From an uncultured Planctomycetia bacterium (lineage in GTDB: Bacteria; Planctomycetota; Planctomycetia; Pirellulales; PALSA-1355), in assembly GCA_963801675.1 (NCBI GenBank), contig CAWDFN010000001.1:4439427-4503426 (forward strand): a stretch of DNA of 64,000 nucleotides, given 5' to 3'. Both the position numbers and the translations under genes were made by a program. How positions within the stretch are numbered: position 1 is the stretch's first letter; every line of letters starts with the position of its first letter. The notes under the pieces were generated by a model that saw nothing but the letters and a program-made list of their open reading frames with translations, was not told the origin of the DNA and searched no databases. Below, piece after piece: positions 9,121 through 17,804 of this stretch.

Positions 9121-9366
9121 ATGGCCAAGAAAAAGAACGGCCGCCCCGTCGGCAGCAAGAACGTCGCCACCGTGGTCAACGTCAAGCCGGCCAACTGCCC
9201 GAACTGCCAGAGCACCAAGCGCACACTCACCGGCAGCCAGACCGTGCAGGAGTTCGAGGGCACGATTGGCAACGAACCCTACAACCGCATCGTGCGCAGC
9301 CGCGCCATTTGCGACGACTGCGGCCAGACGCGGATCGAGCAAAGCTTCGAGTTCCAGCCGGGCTGA
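9121..9366 (+). CDS. Small zinc-ribbon protein (CPNC...CDDC)
   Basis: ATG after AGGAG; basic N-terminus GRPVGSKN; two CxxC pairs. Confidence 0.7.
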   Translation: MAKKKNGRPVGSKNVATVVNVKPANCPNCQSTKRTLTGSQTVQEFEGTIGNEPYNRIVRSRAICDDCGQTRIEQSFEFQPG

Positions 9367-9455
9367 AAAATAATAATGAGAATCTCACTATTACTTGCCA
9401 AATCTTCGCGCGCCGCGCTAGGGGTCGGCCGGATCGTCGCGTAGGTTGAAAGCGT

Positions 9456-9647
9456 ATGAGTTTCGCAGCCCAGATGGTCGCCAAGTACGAAGCGCTGCTG
9501 CTGGCCAACGCCGGCATGACCAGCGTCAACGTCGACGGCGGCCAGGTCGCCTACGCCGATCTGGAAGCGAAGTACAGCTTCTGGAAGTCCAAGCTGGCCC
9601 GCGAAAACGGCAGCCGCCCCCGCGCGGCACAAATCAAACTCGGTTAG
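9456..9647 (+). CDS. gpW-like head completion protein
   Basis: 63 aa, SVNVDGGQVAY motif, located between terminase and portal as in lambda. Confidence 0.7.
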   Translation: MSFAAQMVAKYEALLLANAGMTSVNVDGGQVAYADLEAKYSFWKSKLARENGSRPRAAQIKLG

Positions 9648-9690
9648 GTCGCCTCCTCGTCCTGTCCTCCTCACTTCGCACGGTTCCCGC

Positions 9691-11160
9691 TTGATTCGCG
9701 CCGCCCACGCTTCGTCCCCGATCGCGCCCATCACCGCCTCCGAGCTGGCCCACGCCCGGCACGTGATGTTCGGTTATGACGCCGTGGATCCGCAAAACAA
9801 GCGGAAGGCGCCGACGAGCATCCTGCGCACCGAGGACAACGAGGCCAACGAAGCCGACCGCCGCAAGCTGCTCGGCGGCGGTCGCGACACCGTACGCAAC
9901 TTCACGCTGGCCGCCTGGATGGTCCGCCGCCACATCGATTACGTGACCACGTTCACGTACAAGGCCAAGACGGGCAACCGCGAGCTCGACAAGAAGCTGG
10001 AGGCGATCGTCGCCGAACGCAGCAAACCCGCCCTGTTCGACGCCGCCGGCCGCCACGGCCGTAAACGGGCGCTCCGCCTGGCCGAGGCCCGCCGCACCGT
10101 CGACGGCGATGTGCTGCCGGTGCGCCTCGCCAACCGCACGCTGCAATGGGTCGAAGGCGACCGGCTCCGCGTCGGCAATGCGCCGCCCGCCGGATTGGAC
10201 CTGACCAAGATCGTGCACGGCGTCGAGATCGACCAGGCCGGCCGGGCCACGCGCTACGCCGTCAGCCGCCGCGGCCCCGCGGCCCTGCTGCAAGACTCGT
10301 CGTTCACGTTCGAGCGCATGGTGCCGGCGTACAACGCCTACCTGCACGGCTATTTCGACCGCTTCGACCAGGTCCGCGGCGTGTCGCCCTTGAAGACGGC
10401 ATTCAATGAGCTGCGCGATCTGTACGAGGGCATCGATTACGCCCGCGCCAAAATGAAGGTCAGCCAGCTCTTCGCGCTGGCCATCTTCCGCAAACTAGCC
10501 GGCGATGACGGCGACGGATTCAAGACCGAGGAAACCGACGACGACGGCACCGGCTATCAGATCGACTTCGGCAAGGGCCCCGTGTTCTTGGACTTGGACC
10601 CCGGCGACGATGCCAAGTTTCTGGAGAGCAATACGCCCAGCACCGAGATGCAGGCCTTTTGCCAGTTCGTGATCATGCTGGCGCTCGAAGCGCTCGACAT
10701 CCCGTACTCGATCTATGCCGAGAATTTCACCAACTACAGCGGCTCGCGCGGTGCGCGGCTGGACTACGAGCGGGCCTGCGTCAGCAAACGCGACGACAAC
10801 CGCGACCTGCTCGACTGGTGGAGCGGCTGGCAGTTCCTCATGTCGCTCCTGGAAGGCGAGCTGCCCGGGGTCGACCCGGCCATGCTCACCGCCGGCGAGT
10901 GGATCCACATCGGCCTGCCGTGGCTCGATCCGCTGAAGGAAGTCCTGGGGCTCAAAGAGGAACTGGCGCTGGGCATCAACACCCGTACCCGCATTTGCGC
11001 CGCCCGCGGCCTTTCGTTTGAAGAAGACATTTTGCCCGAGCTGGCGCACGAGTCCCAACTCCTCGTCGACGCCGGCCTGCCCCTGAACACCAACACCGAC
11101 AACGCACTGATCGCCGCCCTGGTCAACGATGCCCCCCACCAAGACAAAACCGCGGCCTAG
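9691..11160 (+). CDS. Portal protein, lambda family
   Basis: FGYDAV...RDTVRN...VHGVEID...DQVRGVSPL...NYSGSR...WLDPLKE motifs. True start may be ATG 9766. Confidence 0.9.
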   Translation: MIRAAHASSPIAPITASELAHARHVMFGYDAVDPQNKRKAPTSILRTEDNEANEADRRKLLGGGRDTVRNFTLAAWMVRRHIDYVTTFTYKAKTGNRELDKKLEAIVAERSKPALFDAAGRHGRKRALRLAEARRTVDGDVLPVRLANRTLQWVEGDRLRVGNAPPAGLDLTKIVHGVEIDQAGRATRYAVSRRGPAALLQDSSFTFERMVPAYNAYLHGYFDRFDQVRGVSPLKTAFNELRDLYEGIDYARAKMKVSQLFALAIFRKLAGDDGDGFKTEETDDDGTGYQIDFGKGPVFLDLDPGDDAKFLESNTPSTEMQAFCQFVIMLALEALDIPYSIYAENFTNYSGSRGARLDYERACVSKRDDNRDLLDWWSGWQFLMSLLEGELPGVDPAMLTAGEWIHIGLPWLDPLKEVLGLKEELALGINTRTRICAARGLSFEEDILPELAHESQLLVDAGLPLNTNTDNALIAALVNDAPHQDKTAA

Positions 11161-12328
11161 CCCGGCTGCCGAACACGTGTCTCCCGACACGCAGACGCGT
11201 AGCGATCAGCCGCCGCTCGAAGCCTGCCGCTTCGACGCCGACGTCGCGATCGACGCGGGCGGCGATGCCGCCGGCAAGACCAAGCCGATCACGATCCGCG
11301 CCCGCGGCAACCAGGTGGTCTTCAACTGGTACTTCGGCCGCATCGTGCACGACATGGCCGGCATGCAGACCGACCATCCGACGATCCCGCTCGATTACTG
11401 CCACTGCGCCGACGAGGTGCTGGGCTTTGGCGACAAGTTCAAAGCCGACAATGACGGCCTCGTGGTCACCGGCCAGCTGGTGCCATTCGTCGACGATGAT
11501 CGGGCCAACGAGGTGATTCACAAGAGCGGCCTGGGCGTGCCCTACCAGGGAAGCATCTTCTTCGACCCGATCCGCCTGGTGCTGGAGGAAGTCGGCGAGG
11601 GGATGACCGCCGAGGTCAACGGGTACACGTTCACCGGCCCGGGCCTGATCGCCCGCAAATGGGTGCTGCGCGGCGTCGCGGTGTGCCCGTACGGAACCGA
11701 CTGGGATACCGAGGCCGCGTTTTCACTTCGCCGCCAAATCGTTGAACGGCGCGCGGCTCAAACCAACTTTTCCAAACACCCGGAGGCAGCCATGCCCGTT
11801 ACCAAGAACAAGACCGCCGCGCAGATCGCAGCCGACAAAGCCAAGCAAGCCGCCGACGCGGCAGCCGCGGCCGAAGCGACCGAGACGGCCGAAGAGACCG
11901 TTGCGGAGGGCGAAGAGGCCGAAGTTAAAACGCCGGCCGAGAACGGCGCCGCCAAGCCCGCCGCGGCCGCAGCGGCGCCGGCCGCCGGCGAGCAGGCCAA
12001 CCAGCACGTGGCAAAGCCCGGTCCGGGCCAGCGATATCTCGACGCCTTCGGTGAGCAAGGGGCCGTCTGGTTCGTCCAAGGCCTCTCGTTCGAAGAGGCC
12101 CAGACCAAGTTCGCCGCCGCCACGAGCGAACGGATCAAGGCCCTGCAAACCGAAAACGCCACGCTGAAGACGGCCGTCGCCAGGCTGGGCGGCGAGCAGA
12201 CCGCGCTCAGCAGCACGCCGGAAGCCACCGAGCAAACCGACCAGCAGCGCCGGGCCGCCGAAATGGCCGCCAAAACCGGCAACGACAACCACGCCAAGAT
12301 CGCCGCGGCCATCAAGCTGCCCAAATAA
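11129..12328 (+). CDS. Prohead protease with C-terminal scaffold domain
   Basis: IPLDYCH, YQGSI and LRGVAVCPYGTD protease-like motifs; Ala/Glu-rich coiled-coil C-terminus; internal GGAGG-ATG at 11792. Confidence 0.75.
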   Translation: MPPTKTKPRPSPAAEHVSPDTQTRSDQPPLEACRFDADVAIDAGGDAAGKTKPITIRARGNQVVFNWYFGRIVHDMAGMQTDHPTIPLDYCHCADEVLGFGDKFKADNDGLVVTGQLVPFVDDDRANEVIHKSGLGVPYQGSIFFDPIRLVLEEVGEGMTAEVNGYTFTGPGLIARKWVLRGVAVCPYGTDWDTEAAFSLRRQIVERRAAQTNFSKHPEAAMPVTKNKTAAQIAADKAKQAADAAAAAEATETAEETVAEGEEAEVKTPAENGAAKPAAAAAAPAAGEQANQHVAKPGPGQRYLDAFGEQGAVWFVQGLSFEEAQTKFAAATSERIKALQTENATLKTAVARLGGEQTALSSTPEATEQTDQQRRAAEMAAKTGNDNHAKIAAAIKLPK

Positions 12329-12333
12329 GAAGA

Positions 12334-12386
12334 GCCTCCGGCGGCACGCGAGCCGCGTGGGGCAGTATACGAGGAGCCGCATAGGC
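12334..12386 (+). repeat. Cruciform repeat, internally deleted copy
   Basis: Left arm with CACGCG AGC CGCGTG joined directly to the terminal GCCGCATAGGC. Confidence 0.85.
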
Positions 12387-12457
12387 CAGTTTTTGTAAAC
12401 CACTTCCCGCCAACACACTCACCTCTCCAAACGAAAATCGAACGAGGAACCTGAGCA

Positions 12458-13375
12458 ATGTCTTATCCCACCCTGCTGGACATCGCCAAACGAAACGGCT
12501 CCGACCAGGTCGTGGGCCTGATCGACGAGTCGATCAAGTCCATTCCCGAGCTGACGCTCGGCTTCTCGCGCCCCATCAAGGGCGTGAACTTCAAAACCCG
12601 CGTCCGCACTTCGAAGCCCACCGTCGGCTTCCGGAACGTCAACGAGGGCACCGCGGCCACGCACGGCAAAATCGAGAACCGCCTGGTCGAGGCCTTCCTG
12701 ATGAACCCGCGCTGGGAGGCCGACGTGGCGCAGGCCAAGGAGGCCGAGGACGGCGCGGAGGCCTACATCGCCGACGAGGCCATCGCCATGATGGGCGCCG
12801 GCATGGAAACGGTCGCCAGCCAGTTCTATTACGGCCTCGCGACCGACCCCAACAAGGGATTCCCGGGCCTGATCGCCGCCGTCGACGCGTCAATGGTCCT
12901 CGATGCCACCGGCACCACGGCCAACGGCGCCACCAGCCTGTGGGGCGTGCGCTGGGGCCGCCAGGACTGCGGCTTCGTGTGGGGACTGGGCGCCAACTTC
13001 GAGCTGTCCGACCTGACCATTCAGCGCGTACTGGACGGTAACACGCCCGCCAACCCGTTCGACGCCTATTGCCAGTCACTCACCGCGCGGCCCGGCCTGC
13101 AGGTCGGCGCCAAGTTCTCCTGCGGGCGGATCAAGAACATCACGGCGCAAGCCGGCAAGACGCTCTCCGACGTGCTGATCTTCAACTTCCTGGCGCTGTC
13201 GCCGGCCAGCAAGCCGTTCGACATGCTCTTCACCACGAAGCGCGGCCTGAACCAACTCCGCGCCAGCCGCACCGCGACCAACGCCACCGGCGCGCCGGCC
13301 CCCATGCCCACCGAGGTGGGCGGCATTCCGATTTACGCCACCGAGTCGCTCGTCGACACGGAGGCCATCAGCTAG
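12458..13375 (+). CDS. Major capsid protein
   Basis: 305 aa, follows the protease/scaffold. TLLDIAK, GFRNVNEG, FPGL and GGIPIYATESL fit HK97-fold capsids. Confidence 0.85.
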   Translation: MSYPTLLDIAKRNGSDQVVGLIDESIKSIPELTLGFSRPIKGVNFKTRVRTSKPTVGFRNVNEGTAATHGKIENRLVEAFLMNPRWEADVAQAKEAEDGAEAYIADEAIAMMGAGMETVASQFYYGLATDPNKGFPGLIAAVDASMVLDATGTTANGATSLWGVRWGRQDCGFVWGLGANFELSDLTIQRVLDGNTPANPFDAYCQSLTARPGLQVGAKFSCGRIKNITAQAGKTLSDVLIFNFLALSPASKPFDMLFTTKRGLNQLRASRTATNATGAPAPMPTEVGGIPIYATESLVDTEAIS

Positions 13376-13382
13376 GCCGCGT

Positions 13383-13398
13383 CATTTCGCGCGAAATG
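13383..13398. promoter_or_regulatory. parS-like palindrome copy 3 (CATTTCGCGCGAAATG, perfect)
   Basis: Perfect 18-bp palindrome TCATTTCGCGCGAAATGA, intergenic just after the capsid stop. Confidence 0.65.
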
Positions 13399-13417
13399 AG
13401 CAAACGAAAACCCAAGA

Positions 13418-13508
13418 GCCTCCGGCGGCACGCGAGCCGCGTGGGGCGAGATACGAGGAGTCCTTTGTACACCCGCCACCGGTCGCACCGGTCGCCCGCC
13501 GCGTAGGC
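13418..13508 (+). repeat. Cruciform repeat, full copy
   Basis: CACGCG AGC CGCGTG and ACCGGT CGC ACCGGT hairpins. Confidence 0.9.
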
Positions 13509-13548
13509 GCGTTCTTCTCAAGCCAGTCACTTTCCAAAGGTACCGACC

Positions 13549-13956
13549 ATGGGCCCCAACATTCGCGACGCCAACCTGACCGTGCAGAAGGCCTTCCCGG
13601 CCGGCGCGGCCACCAACTATTCCGACGGCATCAACCTCGAGCAATCGAGCCGCGCCGACTTCGTGTCCCGAGCCGAGTTCCTCGTCGAGATCCCGCTGAT
13701 GACCACCGGCGAGCTGCCCGACACCAAGACGTACACCGTCAGCCTGCAGCACGACACCGATCCGGCCTTCGGCACGGCGGTCGACCTGTATCCGAACGTG
13801 CTGGTGGTGACCGGTGCCGGCGGCGCCGGCGCCGCGGCCGTCAGCAAGCGGCTCGGCATCCCGTCCGACATCAAGAGCTACGTGCGCCTGAAACAAGTCG
13901 GCGTGGCCACCGTCGACGCGAGCACCAAGAAAAGCACCCTGTCGATGGTGTTTTAG
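13549..13956 (+). CDS. Capsid cement/decoration protein (Bbp16-like)
   Basis: DANL...SDGINL...LQHDTDPAFGTA...SYVRL pattern; located right after the capsid gene. Confidence 0.6.
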   Translation: MGPNIRDANLTVQKAFPAGAATNYSDGINLEQSSRADFVSRAEFLVEIPLMTTGELPDTKTYTVSLQHDTDPAFGTAVDLYPNVLVVTGAGGAGAAAVSKRLGIPSDIKSYVRLKQVGVATVDASTKKSTLSMVF

Positions 13957-13991
13957 TCGCCGGCGCGTCCTGACCACTGACCACTACGCCC

Positions 13992-14351
13992 ATGTCCCTG
14001 TTCAGCAACCAGCTCGCCGCCGGCCTCGCGCAAATCCGCGCGGTGGCCGGCGACGCCTGGGCCTACCAGTGCCCAGCCGGCACGATCCCGACCCTCAACG
14101 CCACGCAAGGAAAGACCCAGTACGAAGCGATCGACGAATCGGGGCTGACGGTCCCGGCCACGGCAACCGACTTCCTGGTGGCCGCGGCTGACCTGGTGAT
14201 CAACAGCCAGGCCGTGCACCCGGCCCCTGGCGATCGCCTGTCCCGCGGCGGCCGCGTGTTCGAAGTCATGCCGCTGGGCAATGAGAAGTGCTTTGTGTTC
14301 AGCGACCCCGACGGCAGCCAACTGCGGATCCACACCAAGCAAATCGCCTGA
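13992..14351 (+). CDS. Head-tail joining protein
   Basis: Position; DFLV..DL...PAPGDRL...FEV...LRIHTK motifs. Confidence 0.7.
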   Translation: MSLFSNQLAAGLAQIRAVAGDAWAYQCPAGTIPTLNATQGKTQYEAIDESGLTVPATATDFLVAAADLVINSQAVHPAPGDRLSRGGRVFEVMPLGNEKCFVFSDPDGSQLRIHTKQIA

Positions 14352-14821
14352 TGCCCACGAAAATAGACAACCCGGCCCGCCTGACGCAGATCGCCGACCA
14401 GATCGTCGACGTGCTCAACGAGGGGGAATTCAGCCAGGACTTCGAGGCCAAGCGCTACTTCAGCCCGCGCTTGGCACTCGACGAACTGGCCGCCGACGGC
14501 TTGCGCGTGGCCGTGTTCAAGGCGGGTATTCGCCGAACCAACCTGACCCGCACCAGCAAACAATTCGAATTCGACGTCAACGTGAGCGTGCTGGCCAAGC
14601 TGAACCCCGAGAAAGACGAAGACGAGCTCGGCGACGAATGCCTGGCCCTGGCCGAGGAACTGGCCGAGGTGGTTGAAAACACGCCGCTGGCGCGCCTCAC
14701 CGACGGCAGCCGACCGATCCAAACCGACACCCACATTCGCGCGTCCTATTCGCCCGAACACTTCGTGCAAGAACGCGTCGTGCTGTGCGACGCGGTCTTC
14801 TCCTACCGGATTTTGGGGTAA
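14351..14821 (+). CDS. Tail terminator-like protein
   Basis: TGATG overlap with the upstream gene; size and position in the neck cluster. Confidence 0.55.
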   Translation: MPTKIDNPARLTQIADQIVDVLNEGEFSQDFEAKRYFSPRLALDELAADGLRVAVFKAGIRRTNLTRTSKQFEFDVNVSVLAKLNPEKDEDELGDECLALAEELAEVVENTPLARLTDGSRPIQTDTHIRASYSPEHFVQERVVLCDAVFSYRILG

Positions 14822-14832
14822 GCAGCTAAGCA

Positions 14833-15324
14833 ATGTTCGGCCTGGCCTACAACGCAACCGATTCCTTCTTCGATCGCCCCAAGGTGATGGAGGCCTGCAA
14901 AACGGCCGGCCGTCAGAACCTGGGCCGCGCAGGCGCGCACGTGCGCACCGCCGCCCGCGATCTGCTGCGCAAGAGCGGCGCGAAGCGTGGCCGGCCCGTG
15001 AAAGGCCAGCCGCGCAAACGAGACTCGGCCAAACCGGGCGAGCCGCCGCGCAAGCACGAAGGCGGCCTGCGCGACGGCGTGTGGTTCGCCTACGACTTCG
15101 CGCACGACAGCGTCGTGGCCGGACCCGTGCGCTACAACGGCGACCAGGGCGCCGTGCCGGGGCTGCTCGAACACGGCGGCACGATCACGCGCACCATCAA
15201 AGTTCGCGGCCACCGCTTCCGCAAGACGCTGCGGTACCACAAGTTTCCCTACATGGGCCCGGCGCTGGAGCGCGTCGCCCCAACGTTTCCCAATCTGTGG
15301 GCCAACACCGTCCGCGACCACTGA
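14833..15324 (+). CDS. Neck/tail-completion (HK97 gp10-like) protein
   Basis: SAKPGEPPRKHEGGLR, LLEHGG and PYMGPAL motifs. Confidence 0.7.
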   Translation: MFGLAYNATDSFFDRPKVMEACKTAGRQNLGRAGAHVRTAARDLLRKSGAKRGRPVKGQPRKRDSAKPGEPPRKHEGGLRDGVWFAYDFAHDSVVAGPVRYNGDQGAVPGLLEHGGTITRTIKVRGHRFRKTLRYHKFPYMGPALERVAPTFPNLWANTVRDH

Positions 15325-15350
15325 CCACCACCAACCGAACGAGATGAACC

Positions 15351-15794
15351 ATGGCCGACAAAAAGCTACTCGGCGGCGAGTGCAAACTCTACCGCAACTC
15401 GGGCACCTACGGCTCGCCCACGTGGAACGAAATCACCAACGTCGAAGATCTGTCGATGCCCAACTCGAAGGGCCGCGGCGAATTCAAGGTGCGCGGCAGC
15501 AAGTACGTCAAAAAGCGCGGCGCCAAGATCGAGGCCGCGCTCAACTGGAAGCAGATCTACGACCCGGGCGACGACGATTTCACCGTCCTGCTGGGCAGCA
15601 TGAACAGCGGCACCATTCTCGACCTGGCCTGCGTCGACGGGGCCATCGCCACCAGCGGCACCCAGGGCCTGCGCGCCGACATGGAAGTGATGGAATTTCC
15701 GCTCGACGAGCCGCTGGAAAGCGGCGTCTCGATCGCCGTCGTCGCCGAAGTGGCCATCAGCGCCAACGAACCGACCTGGATGACCGTCGCCTAG
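15351..15794 (+). CDS. Tail tube protein
   Basis: LGGECKLYRNSG...PTWNEITNVEDL; size and position. Confidence 0.75.
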   Translation: MADKKLLGGECKLYRNSGTYGSPTWNEITNVEDLSMPNSKGRGEFKVRGSKYVKKRGAKIEAALNWKQIYDPGDDDFTVLLGSMNSGTILDLACVDGAIATSGTQGLRADMEVMEFPLDEPLESGVSIAVVAEVAISANEPTWMTVA

Positions 15795-15825
15795 ACCGCG
15801 AGCCGCGGTGGGCGATGTACGAAGA
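15795..15825 (+). repeat. Cruciform repeat, left-arm remnant
   Basis: ACCGCG AGC CGCGGT GGGCGATGTACGAAGA. Confidence 0.75.
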
Positions 15826-15861
15826 AGACTGACCACTAACCACTGACCACTGGACACAACC

Positions 15862-16212
15862 ATGCTCACCCAAGATCAGCTCGCCGCCCTGCGGGCCCGG
15901 GCCGCCACGCGCGTCGCCGGCTTGCACACGCCCAAGCAGCTCGAGCACGCCTACCTGGAAGTCACGCCGGCCGAGATCATCGCCGTCTGCGACCAGGCCC
16001 GGCCGGCCAGCGACGACCAGGCCACGCTGCTCGCCGCGCAGCAAAAGGTCGCCGAGCTGCGGTTCGGCTCCGCCAACGCCGGCGCCCAGGCCGAGTTCGT
16101 TTACGTCCGCGCCAGCGACGTGCTGTTCGTTTGCGACCAGGTGCCATCGCCGACGCTGACGAGTGCGGCCGCACCGGACGCCGCCCACGCCGCCAGCGAT
16201 CACGACGAGTAG
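15862..16212 (+). CDS. Hypothetical phage protein
   Basis: Co-oriented ORF with GC3-rich codons and an internal VCDQ repeat. Confidence 0.6.
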   Translation: MLTQDQLAALRARAATRVAGLHTPKQLEHAYLEVTPAEIIAVCDQARPASDDQATLLAAQQKVAELRFGSANAGAQAEFVYVRASDVLFVCDQVPSPTLTSAAAPDAAHAASDHDE

Positions 16213-16229
16213 CAAACGACAAAAAAGAT

Positions 16230-16328
16230 GCCTCCGGCGGCCCGGTAGGACCGGGTGCCCGTTAAAAACGCTCCGCGTTTTTCCTCGTAAATCGCCCGTG
16301 GCGGCTCGCCACCGCCGGCCGCGCAGGC
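16230..16328 (+). repeat. Cruciform repeat, variant full copy
   Basis: CCCGGT AGG ACCGGG and GTGGCG GCT CGCCAC hairpins, same termini. Confidence 0.85.
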
Positions 16329-16357
16329 CAATAAGACAGGCCAGTAAGAGTTGAAAA

Positions 16358-16851
16358 ATGGCTTCCAAGATCAACGACGACCTGTCGTGCAACCGGTTGA
16401 CGCCCAAGTCGTTTGACCCGCCGTCGGGATGTATTACGGACGACGCGATCCCGTCGAGGCGCAAATCCAGGCCACGAAGGTTCAGCACCAGCAGCGGGGC
16501 TCGTACGCGCAAGCCAGCGCCACGACGACGACGGCCGCCACGATCCCCATCTTTACCGCCCGCTTCGCCGGGACGCTGATCGACTTCGTGGCCGGCGTGG
16601 TGGGCGTGCTCACGGGCAACGCCACGACCACCGTCGACCTGAAGAAAAACGGCACGACGGTCCTGTCGTCGACGATCGTGCTGGACAACGCGAACACGGC
16701 CCGCGTGGTGGAGGCCGCCACGCTCAACCCGGCCGCGGTCGCCTACGTCGCCGGCGACGTGTTCGAGCTGGTGATGACCGTCAACGCCGGCAGCGGCGCC
16801 CTCGGCACCGGCTTCTTCTGCGAAGCCCGTTTCAACGAAAAGAGCCAATAA
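16358..16851 (+). CDS. Phage structural protein (frameshift near 16450)
   Basis: MASKINDDL...GCITDDAI joins EAQIQATKVQHQ...TVDLKKNGTTVLSS in the next frame. Confidence 0.55.
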
Positions 16852-16856
16852 GAACT

Positions 16857-16951
16857 GCCCTGCGCGGCCGGCGGCCGGTACGACCGGCGGCGAATATTAC
16901 AAAGACTTCCTCTTATACCGCCCCACGCGGCTCGCGTGCCGTCGGAGACTC
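16857..16951 (-). repeat. Cruciform repeat, full copy in inverted orientation
   Basis: Reverse complement reads GTCTCCGACGG-CACGCG AGC CGCGTG-GGGCGGTATAAGAGGAAGTCTTTGTAATATTCGCC-GCCGGT CGT ACCGGC-CGCCGGCCGCGCAGGG. Confidence 0.9.
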
Positions 16952-16988
16952 TTCACTCCCAAACCCCCAACCGAAACGCTCCCAATCC

Positions 16989-17495
16989 ATGGCCCACAAA
17001 TTCACCGACGCGACCGGCACCGACTGGCTGGTGGCGGTCAACGTCACCACGATCAAGCGCGTGCGCGACTTGCTCAAAGACGACGACGGCACGCCGGTCA
17101 ACCTGCTGGCGGTCGTCGAGAAGAAGGGCACGTTGATGAAGCAGCTGGCGACCGATCCCGTGCTGCTGGTCAACGTGGTGTACGTGCTGTGCCAGAGGCA
17201 ATGCCAGGAGCGGAACATCAGCGACGAGCAGTTCGGCGAGCTGATGGCCGGCGACGTGATCGAGAGCGCTACGGTCGCGCTGCTGGAGGACCTCCGCGAT
17301 TTTTTCCCGAAAGGCCAACGCGAACTGATCGGCACCGCGCTGGCCAAGCTGAAAAAGTTCGAGGCCCTGGCACTGGAAAGAGCGCGCGAGCGCGTCGACT
17401 CGCCCGAATTCGACGCCGCCATCGAGCGAAGGATTACCGAGGCGTTCGCGGAGTTGAACGGCTCATTTACGAGCTCGCCGGCGTCGCCGGGGTAG
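16989..17495 (+). CDS. Tail assembly chaperone (G-like)
   Basis: MAHKFTDATGTDWLVAVNV...LRDFFP; located between tail tube and tape measure. Confidence 0.75.
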   Translation: MAHKFTDATGTDWLVAVNVTTIKRVRDLLKDDDGTPVNLLAVVEKKGTLMKQLATDPVLLVNVVYVLCQRQCQERNISDEQFGELMAGDVIESATVALLEDLRDFFPKGQRELIGTALAKLKKFEALALERARERVDSPEFDAAIERRITEAFAELNGSFTSSPASPG

Positions 17496-17731
17496 ATCCC
17501 GGTCCGCACACGCTCCGCGAGCTGCTGTGGATGGCCGACGGCGTACGGCGCGACGAGTGGCAGCGCACGAGCCTGCTGGCCGCGCTCATCCACAACCAGT
17601 GGCGGAAGAAACATCAGATGCGCGATCCGCGCCACTTCAACCCCTTCGAGACCAGCGGCCGAGGCCACGGGCGGCTCACACCGCGCACCATTCACCGGCT
17701 CAAAGCGTTCCTGCCCGACCACGGCGGGTAG
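17450..17731 (+). CDS. Tail assembly chaperone T-like segment (-1 frame, overlapping G)
   Basis: ERLIYELAGVAGVDPGPHTLRELLWMADG... in the -1 frame, overlapping the 3' end of the chaperone. Confidence 0.6.
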   Translation, partial: GVERLIYELAGVAGVDPGPHTLRELLWMADGVRRDEWQRTSLLAALIHNQWRKKHQMRDPRHFNPFETSGRGHGRLTPRTIHRLKAFLPDHGG

Positions 17732-17753
17732 CACCCGCGGGCGATGTACGAAG
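17724..17753 (+). repeat. Cruciform repeat, left-arm remnant overlapping a stop codon
   Basis: GCGGGT AGC ACCCGC GGGCGATGTACGAAG. Confidence 0.75.
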
Positions 17754-17804
17754 TTCTGTCCTGATCACTGACCACTAACCACTGACCACCAACGACTGCT
17801 TCCC

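Noticed and set aside
12330-12345. AAGAGCCTCCGG resembling part of the c-di-GMP-I riboswitch
   Set aside because: No GGCAAAC/GNRA P2 stem or other GEMM elements nearby; the match is only the start of the repeat.
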